In this document: positions 13,396 to 25,400 of the stretch, one piece after another
Position numbering within the stretch: position 1 is the first letter of the stretch
Layout: the number at the start of each line of letters is the position of its first letter
Source: Podarcis liolepis
Taxonomy: Eukaryota
Length of the DNA stretch: 64,000 nucleotides
Direction: 5' to 3' (one strand)
Assembly: GCA_965112155.1 (NCBI GenBank)
Contig: OZ218103.1
The notes under the pieces: model-generated
Seen by the model: only the letters and a program-made list of their open reading frames with translations
Database searches by the model: none
What the model was told of the DNA's origin: nothing
Translations under genes and position numbers: made by a program

Positions 13396-15626
13396 CTCTT
13401 GTCGTCTTTCCTGGGTGAAATAAGACTGAAAAGAACCAAATGCATCTAAAATACAGCTTGCTTGACTTGTTCCTCTAAGAAACCGGCCTGTTGAGAATAA
13501 AAGTCAAGAACGCTTTCTTGATTTCTGCCTTGCTAACGTAATCCACTTTTAACAATTCGATTCTGACAAGCTGATTTCAAAACACGGGAGGCCTCTTAAG
13601 CTGTAGCAACTTTGGCTAGCTGTTCTAGATAGCAACCAGTATTCTTGTAAGACCTCTTTGTATTATGCCTGTCTCTCTTCATGAGTCTTTCCCCCTTCTA
13701 CCCTATTTACTTCATGATTTTTCCAAGGACAGCCACACAGCTGCTGCTTCCTACAAGCAATACAAAGGAAGTGACCCAAGACACTGATACAGCTTGCAGG
13801 CCATCCTTCTGCTCTATCCCAAGCCACTCGCTGCCCTGGCATACAGAAGAGCTTTCTCCTTAGTTGACATCTTTCTCCAGTCCGAGACCCATCCTTGCAG
13901 GTTTGTCTTAGGCACTAGGCATGGGAGATCTCCAGCCGTACCAGCACTAGGCGGCTTCAGCAGGCTCATTTACCAGCTCTGCATGAAGTTAACAGCTTTC
14001 GCCTGTGACCGCTTCGGCTAAGTGATGCCAAGTAGATAGATGGGAGACGTGCAAATTGTTCTGTAATCTGCGCTCGGGTAAGAGGCTGTCCTAGGGGATA
14101 CCTTCCCAGCGCAAACAAACTTACTGCACAGAGGAGCCACTCAACCAAATCTCCCCTGGAGCTAAAAGCTGTTCAAAACCAATTACTCTTCTCTACCCAG
14201 CTGCTGCTGGAACAGCACTGAGCGCGTCTGCTTTGTGAACATGGGCATCAATACTCAGACATTTAATGCGGCCCTAGGGCTGCAAAGCACAGGAGGCCAG
14301 CATTGCTGGTGCCTTAACAATAGGAGAGGGTTGCCCTCGGATATCCTCTCCTTGTTAACCAAGGTCAGAAACGTGGCTGCAGCAAGACCCCGAGCATCTA
14401 GAGCAAGGATGGGCAGCCAGAGGGCAGCAGAGAGCCTTCATTCACTCCCCCAGTGGCCTGGCAAGTCCCCAGAGAGCTGTGCCCACTTTCCCCCACTGCC
14501 TAGCTATCAAGCTGGGAAAAGATTGCCGTTCCCATGCTGCTAATAGAGGGAAGCCAGGGAAAATATTCCGTGGAAAGAAGCCATTATGGGAACAGGCTTG
14601 TTAAAGCACCACAAGTGATTGTTCACAGCTGTTTCTAGTTCTCAGGGGATGCCTCGAATTCAGCAGCACGAAAACCTAAATATTGCTGCAACTTGAATCC
14701 AATTTACCAGACCATTTTGGTAACGAGGGAGGAGGGAAGTGGTGGGTGGGGTGGGCACATGGAGGTTCATCTGGTGTCTTCATTACATATTTTTAGGTGC
14801 CAGATCAAAACCTTTCTCTATAAACAGGCCTTTGTCTGATTAGCATTCCATGACCTTTTAAATGTGTTTGTGAGAGCTGGATTACTGGCTTGCTTTTGTT
14901 TTATTATGTATTTTGTGTTCTCATTGTGTATTTTTCTGTTGTGAACTACCCTGTGCTCTTTGGATGAAGGACAATATACAAATTTAATTAATAACTTTTC
15001 TGAAAAAAGGTTGCTGGTTACTCAGATATTTATTCTGGATATTACGTGTAATTTCAAACTTATGCACCTCATTTGGGTTTATATACCAGCAGTATGGGCA
15101 TTAACCAAGCTCTAGCATGCCTTTATTTTTAGAGCTGTACTATGAATAGCCTTAGAAACCCAGAAAGCCAAAAATCTAACCTTTAAATGTATAAATACCC
15201 AGCTGACAGATTTAGCTATGAACATCTACCTAGAGGGGACAGGGAAAGAGACAAGAATATGGGGTGCTCAGCTGCAGTAACCTGATGACATACATGATGG
15301 CTGCTGCTTATATGGGAAAACAATAGGAAGAGCATCAAATTAACTGAGGATGGGGCAGCAGGGACTCGGTGCATCTCATTTGGCAATGGCTAACTTGTTC
15401 CAGGGGTCCAAGTCTTCTTCAGCCAGTCTAGCTATGTGGGGGTTGAGCAGCCCAACCCCAACGCCTGAGGTGACTTCATATCATCACATCCCTGGAGCAT
15501 CTCTCTATTCCAGTGCTGGAGACAGCCCAGCTCAGAGGCAGCATACAAGCCTCAGGCAAGTTGTGCTGAGCTGGGTTTAAGATGGTTTTCCAAAGACTTG
15601 TTCAGAGAAACAGCTTAGGCCTAGCT

Positions 15627-15764
15627 CAAGGTTGGGGAGCCTATGGCCCTCTAGATGTAGCTGGACTACAACTCCCACCATACACGGCAATTTGCAACGT
15701 TGGCTGGAGCAAATGGGATGTGGGGATTCCTACAACATCTGGAGGGCCAGAGGCTTCCCACCCC
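15627..15764. mobile_element. Short palindromic MITE (ggactacaactccca family)
   Basis: gatgtagctggactacaactccca ... caacatctggagggcc inverted structure; related copies near 21732-21869, 54545-54684 and 63390-63495. Confidence 0.65.
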
Positions 15765-16492
15765 AATGCAGTTTTCCCCAACTGACAACCAGGAAAGGCA
15801 AGTGGACGGCCAGTTTGGGAGTTTATGGCTCTCAGGCACAATGTGTGGTGCTTGGGCTGTGTCAACCTCAAAAGCAAAGCAGGCCACATTCATCACAGAA
15901 GTGCAACGGTCAACCCAACAGCCCCTGCGAGACCAGCAGCAACATGCCAGACGCCACCTCTGAGCCAAACAGGCCAGAAAGGCTGGATACAGGTCAGGGG
16001 CCACCAAGACTGATCCCCCCTGCTGTAAAAGGGTAAGATTCTTGGCTACCAATACTTCCATTGGAGGCCAGATCCTACGGAGCAATTACAACCCCCTGCA
16101 GTTGGTAGATGCTCTTTCCTCCCTTAACTAATCTGCAGCTCAACAGTTTATCTCCCTGCTGTTGATCAGCAACTTGCATCCACCAGGACCGCAAAAGGGG
16201 CAAGTAGTCACTGCAGCCCTTTAACAGCAGCTCTATCGCAAAAAGGGGGACCCATTCCTCACGGGAGGGATGCTGGTTTCTAATCACCATGAATGCATGT
16301 TGAGTCAAAAGGGGGCAGAGGGCTTACAAATACTTTCAACCCTGCATAAATAAGGCTTCTGTGGATCAAAGCAGTGAGGGTACAAACCCTATTTGTTCGA
16401 CAGCGTGCTGTAGCTTCAAGTTCAAACCAGCAGCTGCCTTTGACTCAGAAGTTCTGATCACAATCTGTGGAGTCCCCCTTCCCATCCTCCGT

Positions 16493-16841
16493 TCACTCCA
16501 TTGCCACTGGCTGCATCCCCTCCACATCCCGGCACTTGGAGTTCACTAGCTCCCTGCGGATCTCTGGAGAGATCTGGGGGTGGCTGTGAAACTTGAGCAG
16601 CTCTAAGAGAGCTTCTTTCTGCTCTGAGGACAGGTCCTCTTTGTATCGCTGGGCAAAGGTCAGGAGGCACTGGTGCCAGAGGACAGGCAGGGTGCGTCGG
16701 TCCGTCCGGAAGGCAAGGAAGTGAAAGACCAGGGCATCCACCACGCGGAAAGGCAACGCGTACTTCTTGTCAATGAGCAGGCGGAGAAAGATGCTATTGG
16801 CGCCACTGTACTCCATCTCAGCAATCTTTAGCATAGCAGCC
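16493..16841 (-). CDS. BYSL: Bystin last coding exon (exon 7)
   Basis: ccacag|G GCT GCT ATG; [42 protein letters not shown]...[17 protein letters not shown]...VAME*, 349 nt. Confidence 0.96.
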
Positions 16842-17302
16842 CTGTGGGGGTGGAGGAGGGGAAGAAAAGGAGGAGGAGCAAATGAGGCTTTGTTGCAGGT
16901 CCACATCAATGGATGACCCTCCATTCATGAAAGCCAAGGGAAGAGAAAAAGTGACACAAGGAAATTGCCATAGTTTAGTTAAGTACTCTCTGGGAGGTTC
17001 CTTTGATAGTCACACTGCAGACCCTCAGCCCAGCTACAAGCATGGCTTCAGAATACAATCTGTAATGGGGAAGCCCATACAGGCTTAGAAAGACTCCCCA
17101 AGACAGCGCAGGTGTTTCTGACCCCCCAGGGGGTGAGAGAGATGCATGGGAGAAAAGGCAGGAAAGTCTATCCAGTCCTACAATTCCAGAGTGGCTGGGG
17201 AAACACAGCCAGATGGGCAGGGTATAAATAATAAAATTATTTATTATTGTTATCATTAGTGCAATTTCCCTTCCACCTCGAAATTAGCCTAACTCTTCTT
17301 AC

Positions 17303-17405
17303 CCGGAGTGAAGGACAGGGATGGAACACTTGGTGAGGATGCTGCCCACAATGATGGCTTCTCGAAGTGTGCATGTTCCTGACTCACATATGGGGAGAAG
17401 GATCC
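17303..17405 (-). CDS. BYSL: Bystin exon 6
   Basis: cccag|GGATCC...CACTCCGG|gtaag, 103 nt; [34 protein letters not shown]. Confidence 0.95.
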
Positions 17406-18179
17406 CTGGGGAGATGATGGGGGAGAGAAAGGAGCATCATATAGTTATCTCTTATAAAGACACAGAAAGTGTTTCATCAAAGGCTAAAACTATTTTTTAA
17501 GGGGGGGGGGAAATCATGCAGTTCTTTCACATCTAGAAGGCTGGTGCAAGAATATGCGACACACACATACCACACTAGCAACACCTCTGCACAGTTCAGT
17601 ATTATTTATCAATAAAATCAAGGTTAAGAATAATTCACCAAAACCAGAAGCAGCTTCCCCTTGAGGCTTTCCTCCTCTCCAGTCTTACATCTGGGACTGG
17701 AGCCTGTCAAAGAGAAAACTGCCAACTTGGGGGGATGGGGACAGGACTGAGCAGCAGGAATGAGCAATTTTCTTTGTTTCCACTCTGTGTCAGGTTGGTA
17801 ATGATTTCCCTCATAATTCCATTCTGTATTTGGGGTTTTGTTGTTGAAAAACAAACCCTCACAACAAACCCTCACAAAATATGTGATAAATGCATATTTA
17901 TCAAGTGCATATTTTGATAATTTTCAACTACCGTGAATTGTGTTCCAGAGGCAGCAAAGCTTCCAAATGCCAGTTTCTGGAAACCACAGGAGGGGAGAGG
18001 GCTCTTGTGTTGAGATTCTGCTTGAGGGTTTCTTTCAGGCCTCTGGGTAGCCACTGTGAGAACAGGATGGGTCGTTGACCTGATCCAGCAGGCTCTTGTG
18101 TTATTATAGGGAAATATATGAACCCCTGGATAAACCTCATTTCCATGTATTCGTCCTCCAAGGTCAACTTTCCACTCAC

Positions 18180-18340
18180 CTTTGAACCAGGCTCCAGGTT
18201 TGAACAAGGCCTTCTTCAACGCCATGTAAAGATGGAAGTTGAGGCGCTTATATTCAGCAATGTCATCTCTGACTCGCGGGAGAAGCACCAGATTGTAGAA
18301 CCTCTGGGCCATCCTCTCTTTGAGGTTAGAGGAAAAGATC
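18180..18340 (-). CDS. BYSL: Bystin exon 5
   Basis: ctag|GATCTTT...TTCAAAG|gtgagt, 161 nt; [53 protein letters not shown]. Confidence 0.96.
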
Positions 18341-20005
18341 CTAGGGAAAGGAACAAAGGCATTTGGGGAGAGAGGGTGGAAATGGAGAAAAAGAGAAGCA
18401 ACCTGAGTTAGGATAGTTGGAGAACTGGTCAACTTCCCTCCTTGTGCTTGCACTATGCAACACATGTATTACTGCAGCATTTCACCTTGCCGCCGCCCCC
18501 CATCTTGACTTTATGCTTCAAGCTTTTGAGGCTGCGGAATCATTTTTATTTATCTACACATTTCTATGCTGCCTTTTCAACCTAACCCTTCACAGTTTTG
18601 GTTCCTCTTTACCAAATAAAGTGGCAAATTACAACGGTATAAAATAAAAATAAATCCGAAACAAGGACAGCAGCACACACAAAAAGCCAGATCCTTAAAT
18701 TATTTTGTTCTCATAAAAAATAAAAGAGATGTCCATGCAAGATATATCAGAGCCAGGCAACTAGCCACGCACCACCAAACCAATTCCTAATGGTTTATGT
18801 GTAAGAGGAGATTCGTTTTAGGAATGGCCTGTGTCTTTCGCCAGATCTGCACACTGCACTGTGTATCACCAAAGAGGAAGAGGAACCAAAGTTCTCTCTC
18901 CGAGAGAACACGGAACAAGCATCAGATGCGTTTACACTTGTGGCTTCCTCCCAGGGCCCACTGTGCTGTATCTCAAGAACTCTGGGTGCTAATGCGCTGT
19001 TTCAGGTCCTCCTGGCTCAAAGACAAGGTGCTAGAAAGGTCTCTCCCCCCCATTTTAAATACTTTATTGAAATTCATAGATAACATACACAATATACCAA
19101 GATGAAAACAATCATGTACTAATAATCTTATATATGTTTACAAAAATCAAATTTAAATTAAATTTATGCAATCTCTTTTTTCCTATCTTTTTGCTAACAT
19201 AGAATAGACTTCCTATCTTTTCCCGATGCATATAACCTTTCTGGTGATGAATGTACTTATCATTATTACCTTACTCTTTCTGTACTTTCTAATACTTTCT
19301 TACAACAATTCGTACCATTTTGCTAGTTTCTTAGACAAGGGTCATTCAAACGCTGCCATAGATAGAAAGGTCATTTTTTAATCAGACATTGCATATTCTC
19401 TTTGTTCCTGCTTGGATACGCTTTGTCAAATAACAGGTTTCTTTTTACAAGAGGAGCCTCATGCACTGCAATACTGGGCAGGAGTAGTTGGGAGGAGGTG
19501 TGCTGGTGGTGAGATCAAAGCAACCTGACTGCCCACACACTGGGGAGTGGGACAGGGGGCAGAATCTGATCTCGTGCCCAGGAATTTGAGGGGGGGGTTC
19601 CCACTTCTGAAAAGCAGCAAACTTAAGCACAGGGTGATGTGTATGTGCATGCATTAAAAAGTGCAGTGTAGTGCTACGATCCCCAAATGAAAGAAAAGGA
19701 GCTATTGGAAATATAAACACGAATTGCTCTGTAATCAATCCACACATTTACTTTCCCCATGTGTAGGACAGTGATATTGCAGAAATAAGTATCAGTATTA
19801 TTAAACAAGGGTTTTCATTTCTGTATGTCATTGAACATAAGGACTCATCTGCTGCATAGTGCTGTATTTTGGCTATTCGACCTACTGCAGGATGATCAGA
19901 GCAAAAAGCAAGAATCAAAGGAATTGTGGCAGCTCATGGGATGGGGCAGGATGAAACCTTCAAGACAACACATTATTCCCTGCAGTGTCACAGATGGAAT
20001 CCTAC

Positions 20006-20139
20006 CTTGTTGCCTGGTACATGGCAGCTGCTGTCCACGTTTCAGGCTCTGTTATATACAGGATCTGCTCCCAGTTGGACAAGGCTGGGATGATCTTGAA
20101 TGCTTTAGGCAGTTTCCCACTCCTATATTTTGACAGCAC
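20006..20139 (-). CDS. BYSL: Bystin exon 4
   Basis: tttcag|GTGCTG...GCAACAAG|gtagg, 134 nt; [44 protein letters not shown]. Confidence 0.95.
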
Positions 20140-20566
20140 CTGAAAAAGAAATGGGGGGGGGGGGAGAGATGAATTTAACACGGATAGGCAGACAAGGCTA
20201 CTTTATTCCAGGGTTTATACCCATTGTTTAAGAGATCTTCAGTGAATGTATTTTAAGAAGCATTCAGATAGGATATTCTTATTTTTCCACATACTAGCAA
20301 AATCTGTACCAGTCTATCAGCATGGAAACAAATTCTAGTTAATATTCATATGTATAATGCATCATCTTAACCTATAGTGCCAGCATGGAAACACAGCCAT
20401 TAGCTGTTCCCCACCCACACCTATCATGCTATGGGTGGTGAATCAGAGCAAGCAAAGAGTTGCCCAAAACTATGATTTCTAAATGTTGCAGGAGCTGGAC
20501 TAAGTCCAACCTGATGTGTGCAGAAGCTCACACACCCTATTTGCACAGAAGTAGCATTACTCTTAC

Positions 20567-20705
20567 TTCTTTGACACCCTTGTAGACTTCCAGGACACGG
20601 GGATTAAGCTGTGGCATGGGCCGACCAGATATTTCGGACATCACAGTTTCCACCTCTGTCTGCTTCTCAGTGATCTTCTCCATGATAATGTCTGTCAAGG
20701 TGCGC
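20567..20705 (-). CDS. BYSL: Bystin exon 3
   Basis: cattag|GCGCACC...AAAGAA|gtaaga, 139 nt; [46 protein letters not shown]. Confidence 0.95.
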
Positions 20706-21731
20706 CTAATGGGTATCCAGAGGAAACAATATGGATCAGGGAACTTAGAAAGCTCAATGGCAAATCAAAGCAGCAGAAGCAACAATAAGATTGATTCCCA
20801 GCCTAGAATTTAACAGGGGAGATGAAGTGTCCACATGTGATATCCCTTGCTCACATGGCTACCCACCTTTGCTAAGTGAACTGTCTGCCATACTGGTACT
20901 GTTCAGTGAAAAAGGCTGCTGTGCAATACAAATAAGACTGAAGGTGGCAACAGGCATCTGCTGAGGAACAAGATCTTGGGGTTCTAGCTCAATGAAGATA
21001 TTGACAACAAGAACGGGCAGCTCTCAAAAGTTTTAAAGGTTAAATTAAAATTTCAGTTCACAAAAATAACATGATGCCAAAAGAGAGGTGTCAGCCCAAA
21101 TCTATTTTGCATGAAGAAATTCTAACGTGGGTAAGTCATATGAGGGCCATAGGTTCCTGCTCTGCATTCCAATCTTGGAGAAAGGAAACTTGGTCATTAC
21201 TGGGCATGCCAAACAGAATGGGCTGAAAATTGTGCTTCCTGCTACCCGTGCAGTATCAAAGACAGCATGCCTAAAATAATAACTAAAGCACCATCTGCTG
21301 GTTAAAACAAAAACAAGAACAGAATTGAAAAGTATACTTGGGTGCTAGCTTGCTTTACTTATTGCTGAGAATCTGAGGAAATCATGCCGGTTCCATAAGC
21401 AAAGCAGTGCCAGAATTCTTAGATGAGATATTCCGTTAAGGGTCAGTTCACACATAAAAGTATTACTGTAATACTAAATGGTTTCTACTCAATTGTTCCC
21501 TTCTCCGCATACTTTAGCAAAAATGTGCAGATAGTCCAATAAAGAAAAACACAAGGTACCTAGTCACCTGGGGGCCTAAAAAATTCAAATATTTTTCCTG
21601 TACACAGCTTGACAACAATTTTAAATTCCCCTACATAAGACTGCAGTTGTTGCTGGGATGTCAGTGGCTTCAGAAAACAGCACCAAGATCTGCTGTGTGT
21701 ACAGAGACTACCAGCTTACGTGGAACTCTAT

Positions 21732-21869
21732 CAGAGGTGGGCAACCTTTGCCCCTCCAGATGTTGCTGAACTACAACTCCCATCATCCCTGGCCATTGGC
21801 CATGCTTTCTGGGGCTGATGGAAACTGCAGTACAGCAACTTCTGGAGAGTCAAAGTTTCTCCACTCATG
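21732..21869. mobile_element. Short palindromic MITE, same family as 15627
   Basis: cagaggtgggcaacc...ctccagatgttgctgaactacaactcccatcatccc...gcaacttctggag. Confidence 0.65.
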
Positions 21870-22755
21870 GACTATCTGCATGTACCACAGGCACATAAAA
21901 CACCACAAATGATCATAAGGAAGGAAAACAACCACTGTGAAACTCTCTCATATTCTCTTTCTTCACTCAGAACCCTCTTAAGTATAACCAATACAAAATA
22001 GGCACTTGCACCCAGGGCTCATTGAAGTGATGAAACTCAGGGTGGGGGGTGGAGGTAAAACCATATAGCAAAGATAACTTAGTCACCTAGAAGCCTAACA
22101 ATTTCAAATAGTTTTACAGTCCTGTACACAGTTCAACGAGCCTTAATCCCCTTCCAGAAAGGAAATGGCTCACAATTAATTTTACATTGGATAACTGTCT
22201 TAGAAGAAGTAGGACATTACACATTCTTAAAAACTGCATAAATGAGAATGGACAAGGGGGTAAGGAAAAGAGTATACATACATCTTCCCTACGAGATGGC
22301 TGTCCAACAACATAGCCTAATTCAAGCTCAATTCACTCACAGAGGCAAAAACATTAACAGCTTTACTCCACATATGCTCACCCAGGCACTTTTACAAGTC
22401 CCACACAATGTCCATTCTGTGCTTGTAGGTATTTCTGTACTGAAAGTTTGGTTCCTTACACTATGGAACTCCCTGCCCATTGACATTAAGCAAGTACCTT
22501 CTCTGTATATAGTGTTTTAGCACCTGCTAAAAACATTTATGTTTAGGGAAGCCTACCCAGACATGTAAAGTTGACATGTATAATGTATATGTATATGTAT
22601 ATATATGTGTGTGTGTGTGTATCTGCTGATATGATTTATATTTTTGTTTGTCAACTTGCTTTCCATGTCTAACTTTTTACCACTAAGCAATCTATAAATA
22701 CTGCAACATAATAAAGTCTAAGCAACTGCCAGGATTTGAGAACTCCAGTGTTTAC

Positions 22756-22918
22756 CTCAGTGGTGGATTCTTGTTCATGAACATCTCAATGGCTTTTTCG
22801 TCCTCTGGATTCACAGTAACCTCATCACAGTACTCTCCCTTTCCCATGGCTGCAGCTTGCTCCAGTGTTGGCCACTCATCATCATCTGTATCTGAATCTC
22901 TGTCCTTTGAGGCAGGTC
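22756..22918 (-). CDS. BYSL: Bystin exon 2
   Basis: tttccag|GACCTG...CCACTGAG|gtaaa, 163 nt; [25 protein letters not shown]...[19 protein letters not shown]. Confidence 0.94.
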
Positions 22919-22968
22919 CTGGAAAGAGTAGAACAAATACAGGTTTGTTATCAGAATAAACAAATCCT

Positions 22969-23130
22969 GTCTTAGTGGTAGAGCGTCTGCCCTGGTTTGA
23001 TATTTGGCATCACTAAATAAGGCTGGGAATGTCCCCTGTCAGAACCCCTAGACAGCCACTGCCAATTGCTGTTGAAAATACTGAGCAAGATGGAACAATG
23101 GTCTGACTTAGTACAATACAGCTTCCTATG
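22969..23130 (+). mobile_element. Squam3-like tRNA-derived SINE (decayed)
   Basis: tagtggtagagc head; ggctgggaatgtcccctg...atactgagcaagatggaacaatggtctgact...cagcttcctatg tail, shared with the copy at 63584. Confidence 0.65.
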
Positions 23131-23480
23131 CAGCTATTTCTTTCAGGTCTCGGAAACTTAACAATAAAGAATTATAACTATAACATGTGGAAGCTGCAAC
23201 AAAGCACTGAAGTGTGAAATGCTCCTACTTCAAATATCTAAAGGGCTGTCACTTGGAAGATGGAGCAAGTTCGTTTTCTCCTGCTCTGGAGGGTAAACCT
23301 CAAACCAATATCCAACTCTATACCAAAAATTATCTGTTTCCCATTCTCTCGTCACTTTTTTCTGTTCCTCCCCCCAACCAAGTGGGTTAGCATTTTCTGG
23401 CCACTAAGCACTGCCTATTGGGTTTGTCTACAGGCCTCCCAGAGCTTTATAAGCTACAACTTCCACCAGCCCCATCTATG

Positions 23481-23484
<4 letters not shown>

Positions 23485-23517
<33 letters not shown>

Positions 23518-24080
23518 TTATTATTTAAATCCCGCCCATCTGGCTAGGTTTCCCCAGCCACTCTGGGCAGCTTCAAATAAAATATTAAAAATACAATAAA
23601 ACACCAGACATTAAAAACTTCCCTAAACAGGGCTGCATTCAGATGTCTTCTATAAGTCAGATACAGTGGACGCTCGGGTTGCAAATGTGATCCATGCGGG
23701 ATGCACGTTTGCAACCCGCAGCAGCACACCTGTGGGTTGCGATTCGGTGCTTCTGCGTATGCACAAAGTGCGATTTAGCGCTTCTGTGCATGTGTGTGTG
23801 CCGAAACCCAGAAGTAACCCATTCCTGTACTTCTGGGTTTTGGAAGTCCGTAACCTGAAAAAATGCAACCTGAAGTGTCTGTAACCCGAGGTATGACTGT
23901 AGTTGTTTATTTCCTTGACATCTGGTGGGAGGGAGTTCCACAGGGCAGGCGCCACTACGGAGAAGACCCTTTGCCTGGTTCCCTGCAACCTGCTTCTCTC
24001 AGTGAGGGAACCAGCAGAAGACCCTCGGAGGAGGACCTCAGGGTCCGGGCTGAACGATGGGGGTGGAGACGCTCCTTCAG
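23485..24080 (-). mobile_element. L2-type LINE 3' fragment with (TAT)n tail, interrupted by a MITE
   Basis: Minus-strand translation RVFSVVAPALWNSLP typical of the L2 ORF2 C-terminus; (AAT)n 23485-23516 on the plus strand. Confidence 0.75.
23664..23899. mobile_element. Tc1/mariner (Tigger/pogo-like) MITE nested in the L2 fragment
   Basis: TIRs cagtggacgctcgggtt / aacccgaggtatgactg with TA on both sides (23662-63, 23900-01). Confidence 0.75.
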
Positions 24081-24199
24081 GGATAGCATAGCAAGAACAG
24101 ATGTTGCAGCCCAGCGACACCTGGAGGGAACCAAGCAGGGAGGAGGAGGCTGGCGCTCAGAGAGGGGTCCTTCCCAGCCCCACCTGAAGGTGCAGGGGG

Positions 24200-24760
24200 T
24201 TGGAGTCAAGCAAAGCAAGTGCCCCCCCCCCCACGTGAGCTGCGGCCCAGCCTCCTCGTGGCGAAGAAGAGACCCCGGCGAGCCCACGGGACGCTCACCC
24301 AGGACGGTGGTCTTCGCCTTCTCGGGCTCGCCTCCGCCCGCGGCGCCGTGCTCGGCCTCCAGCTCCTCTTGCTGGATCCGAGCCTGTTCCAGGATCCTCC
24401 GGGAGAGCTTCTCGTCCACGTACTCGTCCTCGTCCTCGCCGCCATGCTTCCCCGCTTTGCCCCGGCGCTTCACCCTCGTCACGGGCTTCACGGAGTCGCC
24501 CTGGAGGATCTGCTCGGCCAGCGGAACGGACGCCGCCTTCGCCGCCCCGCCGGAGCCCCTCGAGCGCTTCACTTTCGGCATGGTGCCCCCCGAGCTGAAG
24601 AGCCGGCACACGTGTGAGGAGGAGCCGTTGCAAAGCGCATGCGCGCTCGTGGAGAACCCTTTTCAACTACAGAGCTATGAATGCAGAGAGACGCGTCATT
24701 GCCCGGATAGGTGGTTTCCGGGCTCCCGTTGAACTCTACAGCAGAGATTCTTGTGGCATC
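24200..24760. promoter_or_regulatory. BYSL CpG-island promoter
   Basis: High CpG; NRF1 palindrome GCGCATGCGC 24635-24644; E-boxes CACGTG 24609-24614 and 24232-24237; ZNF143-like ACTACA..AATGCA about 24666-24685. Confidence 0.75.
24299..24581 (-). CDS. BYSL: Bystin exon 1 (start codon at 24581)
   Basis: ggcaccATGC Kozak context; MPKVKRSRG...PLAEQIL...EYVDEKLSRRILEQARIQQEELE...TTVLG|gtgagc, 283 nt; total CDS 1332 nt = 443 aa. Confidence 0.95.
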
Positions 24761-24833
24761 CCCAGCTATTGAGGCATAGTAAGCCTCACTGCTTATGGCG
24801 AAAGCTGACGGTCAAATAAATTGTGTTAGTCTT

Positions 24834-25136
24834 CTCTGGTGGTGAGAGAGGTTGGGGTTGGAACACAAGCGAATAGTAAATAGCACAAGCGACGCTGACA
24901 CAAAACCCCACACATACATTAAGTAGAATAGAAGCATTGCCACCCGACCCCGACCCTACTCACCATGCCCCCCACCTCTTTCCCCCTTTTCTTCCTAATG
25001 TAACCCTAAGGTCTCAACAAATGAAACTGATCTGTAGAAAATGTAACTTGAAAAGAGAGACATTGCACATACTTTTGCAAACCAAGAATTCTTTAATATA
25101 AAAATATGTGGTTTTTTTTTATAAAAAAATACAAAT
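24834..25136 (+). mobile_element. 5'-truncated retroposed insertion (L1-like 3'UTR) inside the bidirectional promoter
   Basis: A-rich tail; 20/21-bp TSD aaataaattgtgtt(a)agtctt at 24814-24833 and 25137-25157. Confidence 0.65.
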
Positions 25137-25199
25137 AAATAAATTGTGTTAAGTCTTTAAGTGAGTCTTTGTGAGTTTGCCTGAGTGTGGGCCACCCTC

Positions 25200-25400
25200 T
25201 TATTTTCTGCTCAGAGAAGCCATTTTAAAATGCCCCTCGGGGCCGGAAGTGACAGCTGCCCATAGCAATCAATGGAGGAATCCCGGGATCTCGCGCTGGC
25301 GGCGCTGCGGTGTCTGCTCAGGGGCAAATGGCCGCGGCAAAGTGGGGCGTGCTTTCCCTTGCTGAGGGAGTGCTTATTTCGTGTGAAGAAGCATCCCTCC
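25200..25400 (+). promoter_or_regulatory. Probable MED20 core promoter / TSS region
   Basis: YY1-type GCCATTTT 25219-25226, ETS CCGGAAGT 25243-25250, TCTCGCG about 25290, CpG-rich. Confidence 0.6.

Noticed and set aside
23863-24732. 289-aa plus-strand ORF, the longest in the track
   Set aside because: Antisense shadow of GC-rich BYSL exon 1 fused to L2/MITE sequence; no independent gene signals
24765-24812. Second possible hammerhead (stem taagc/gctta + CGAAAGCT)
   Set aside because: CTGANGA core and cleavage triplet are not intact; treated as a decayed Penelope-like remnant
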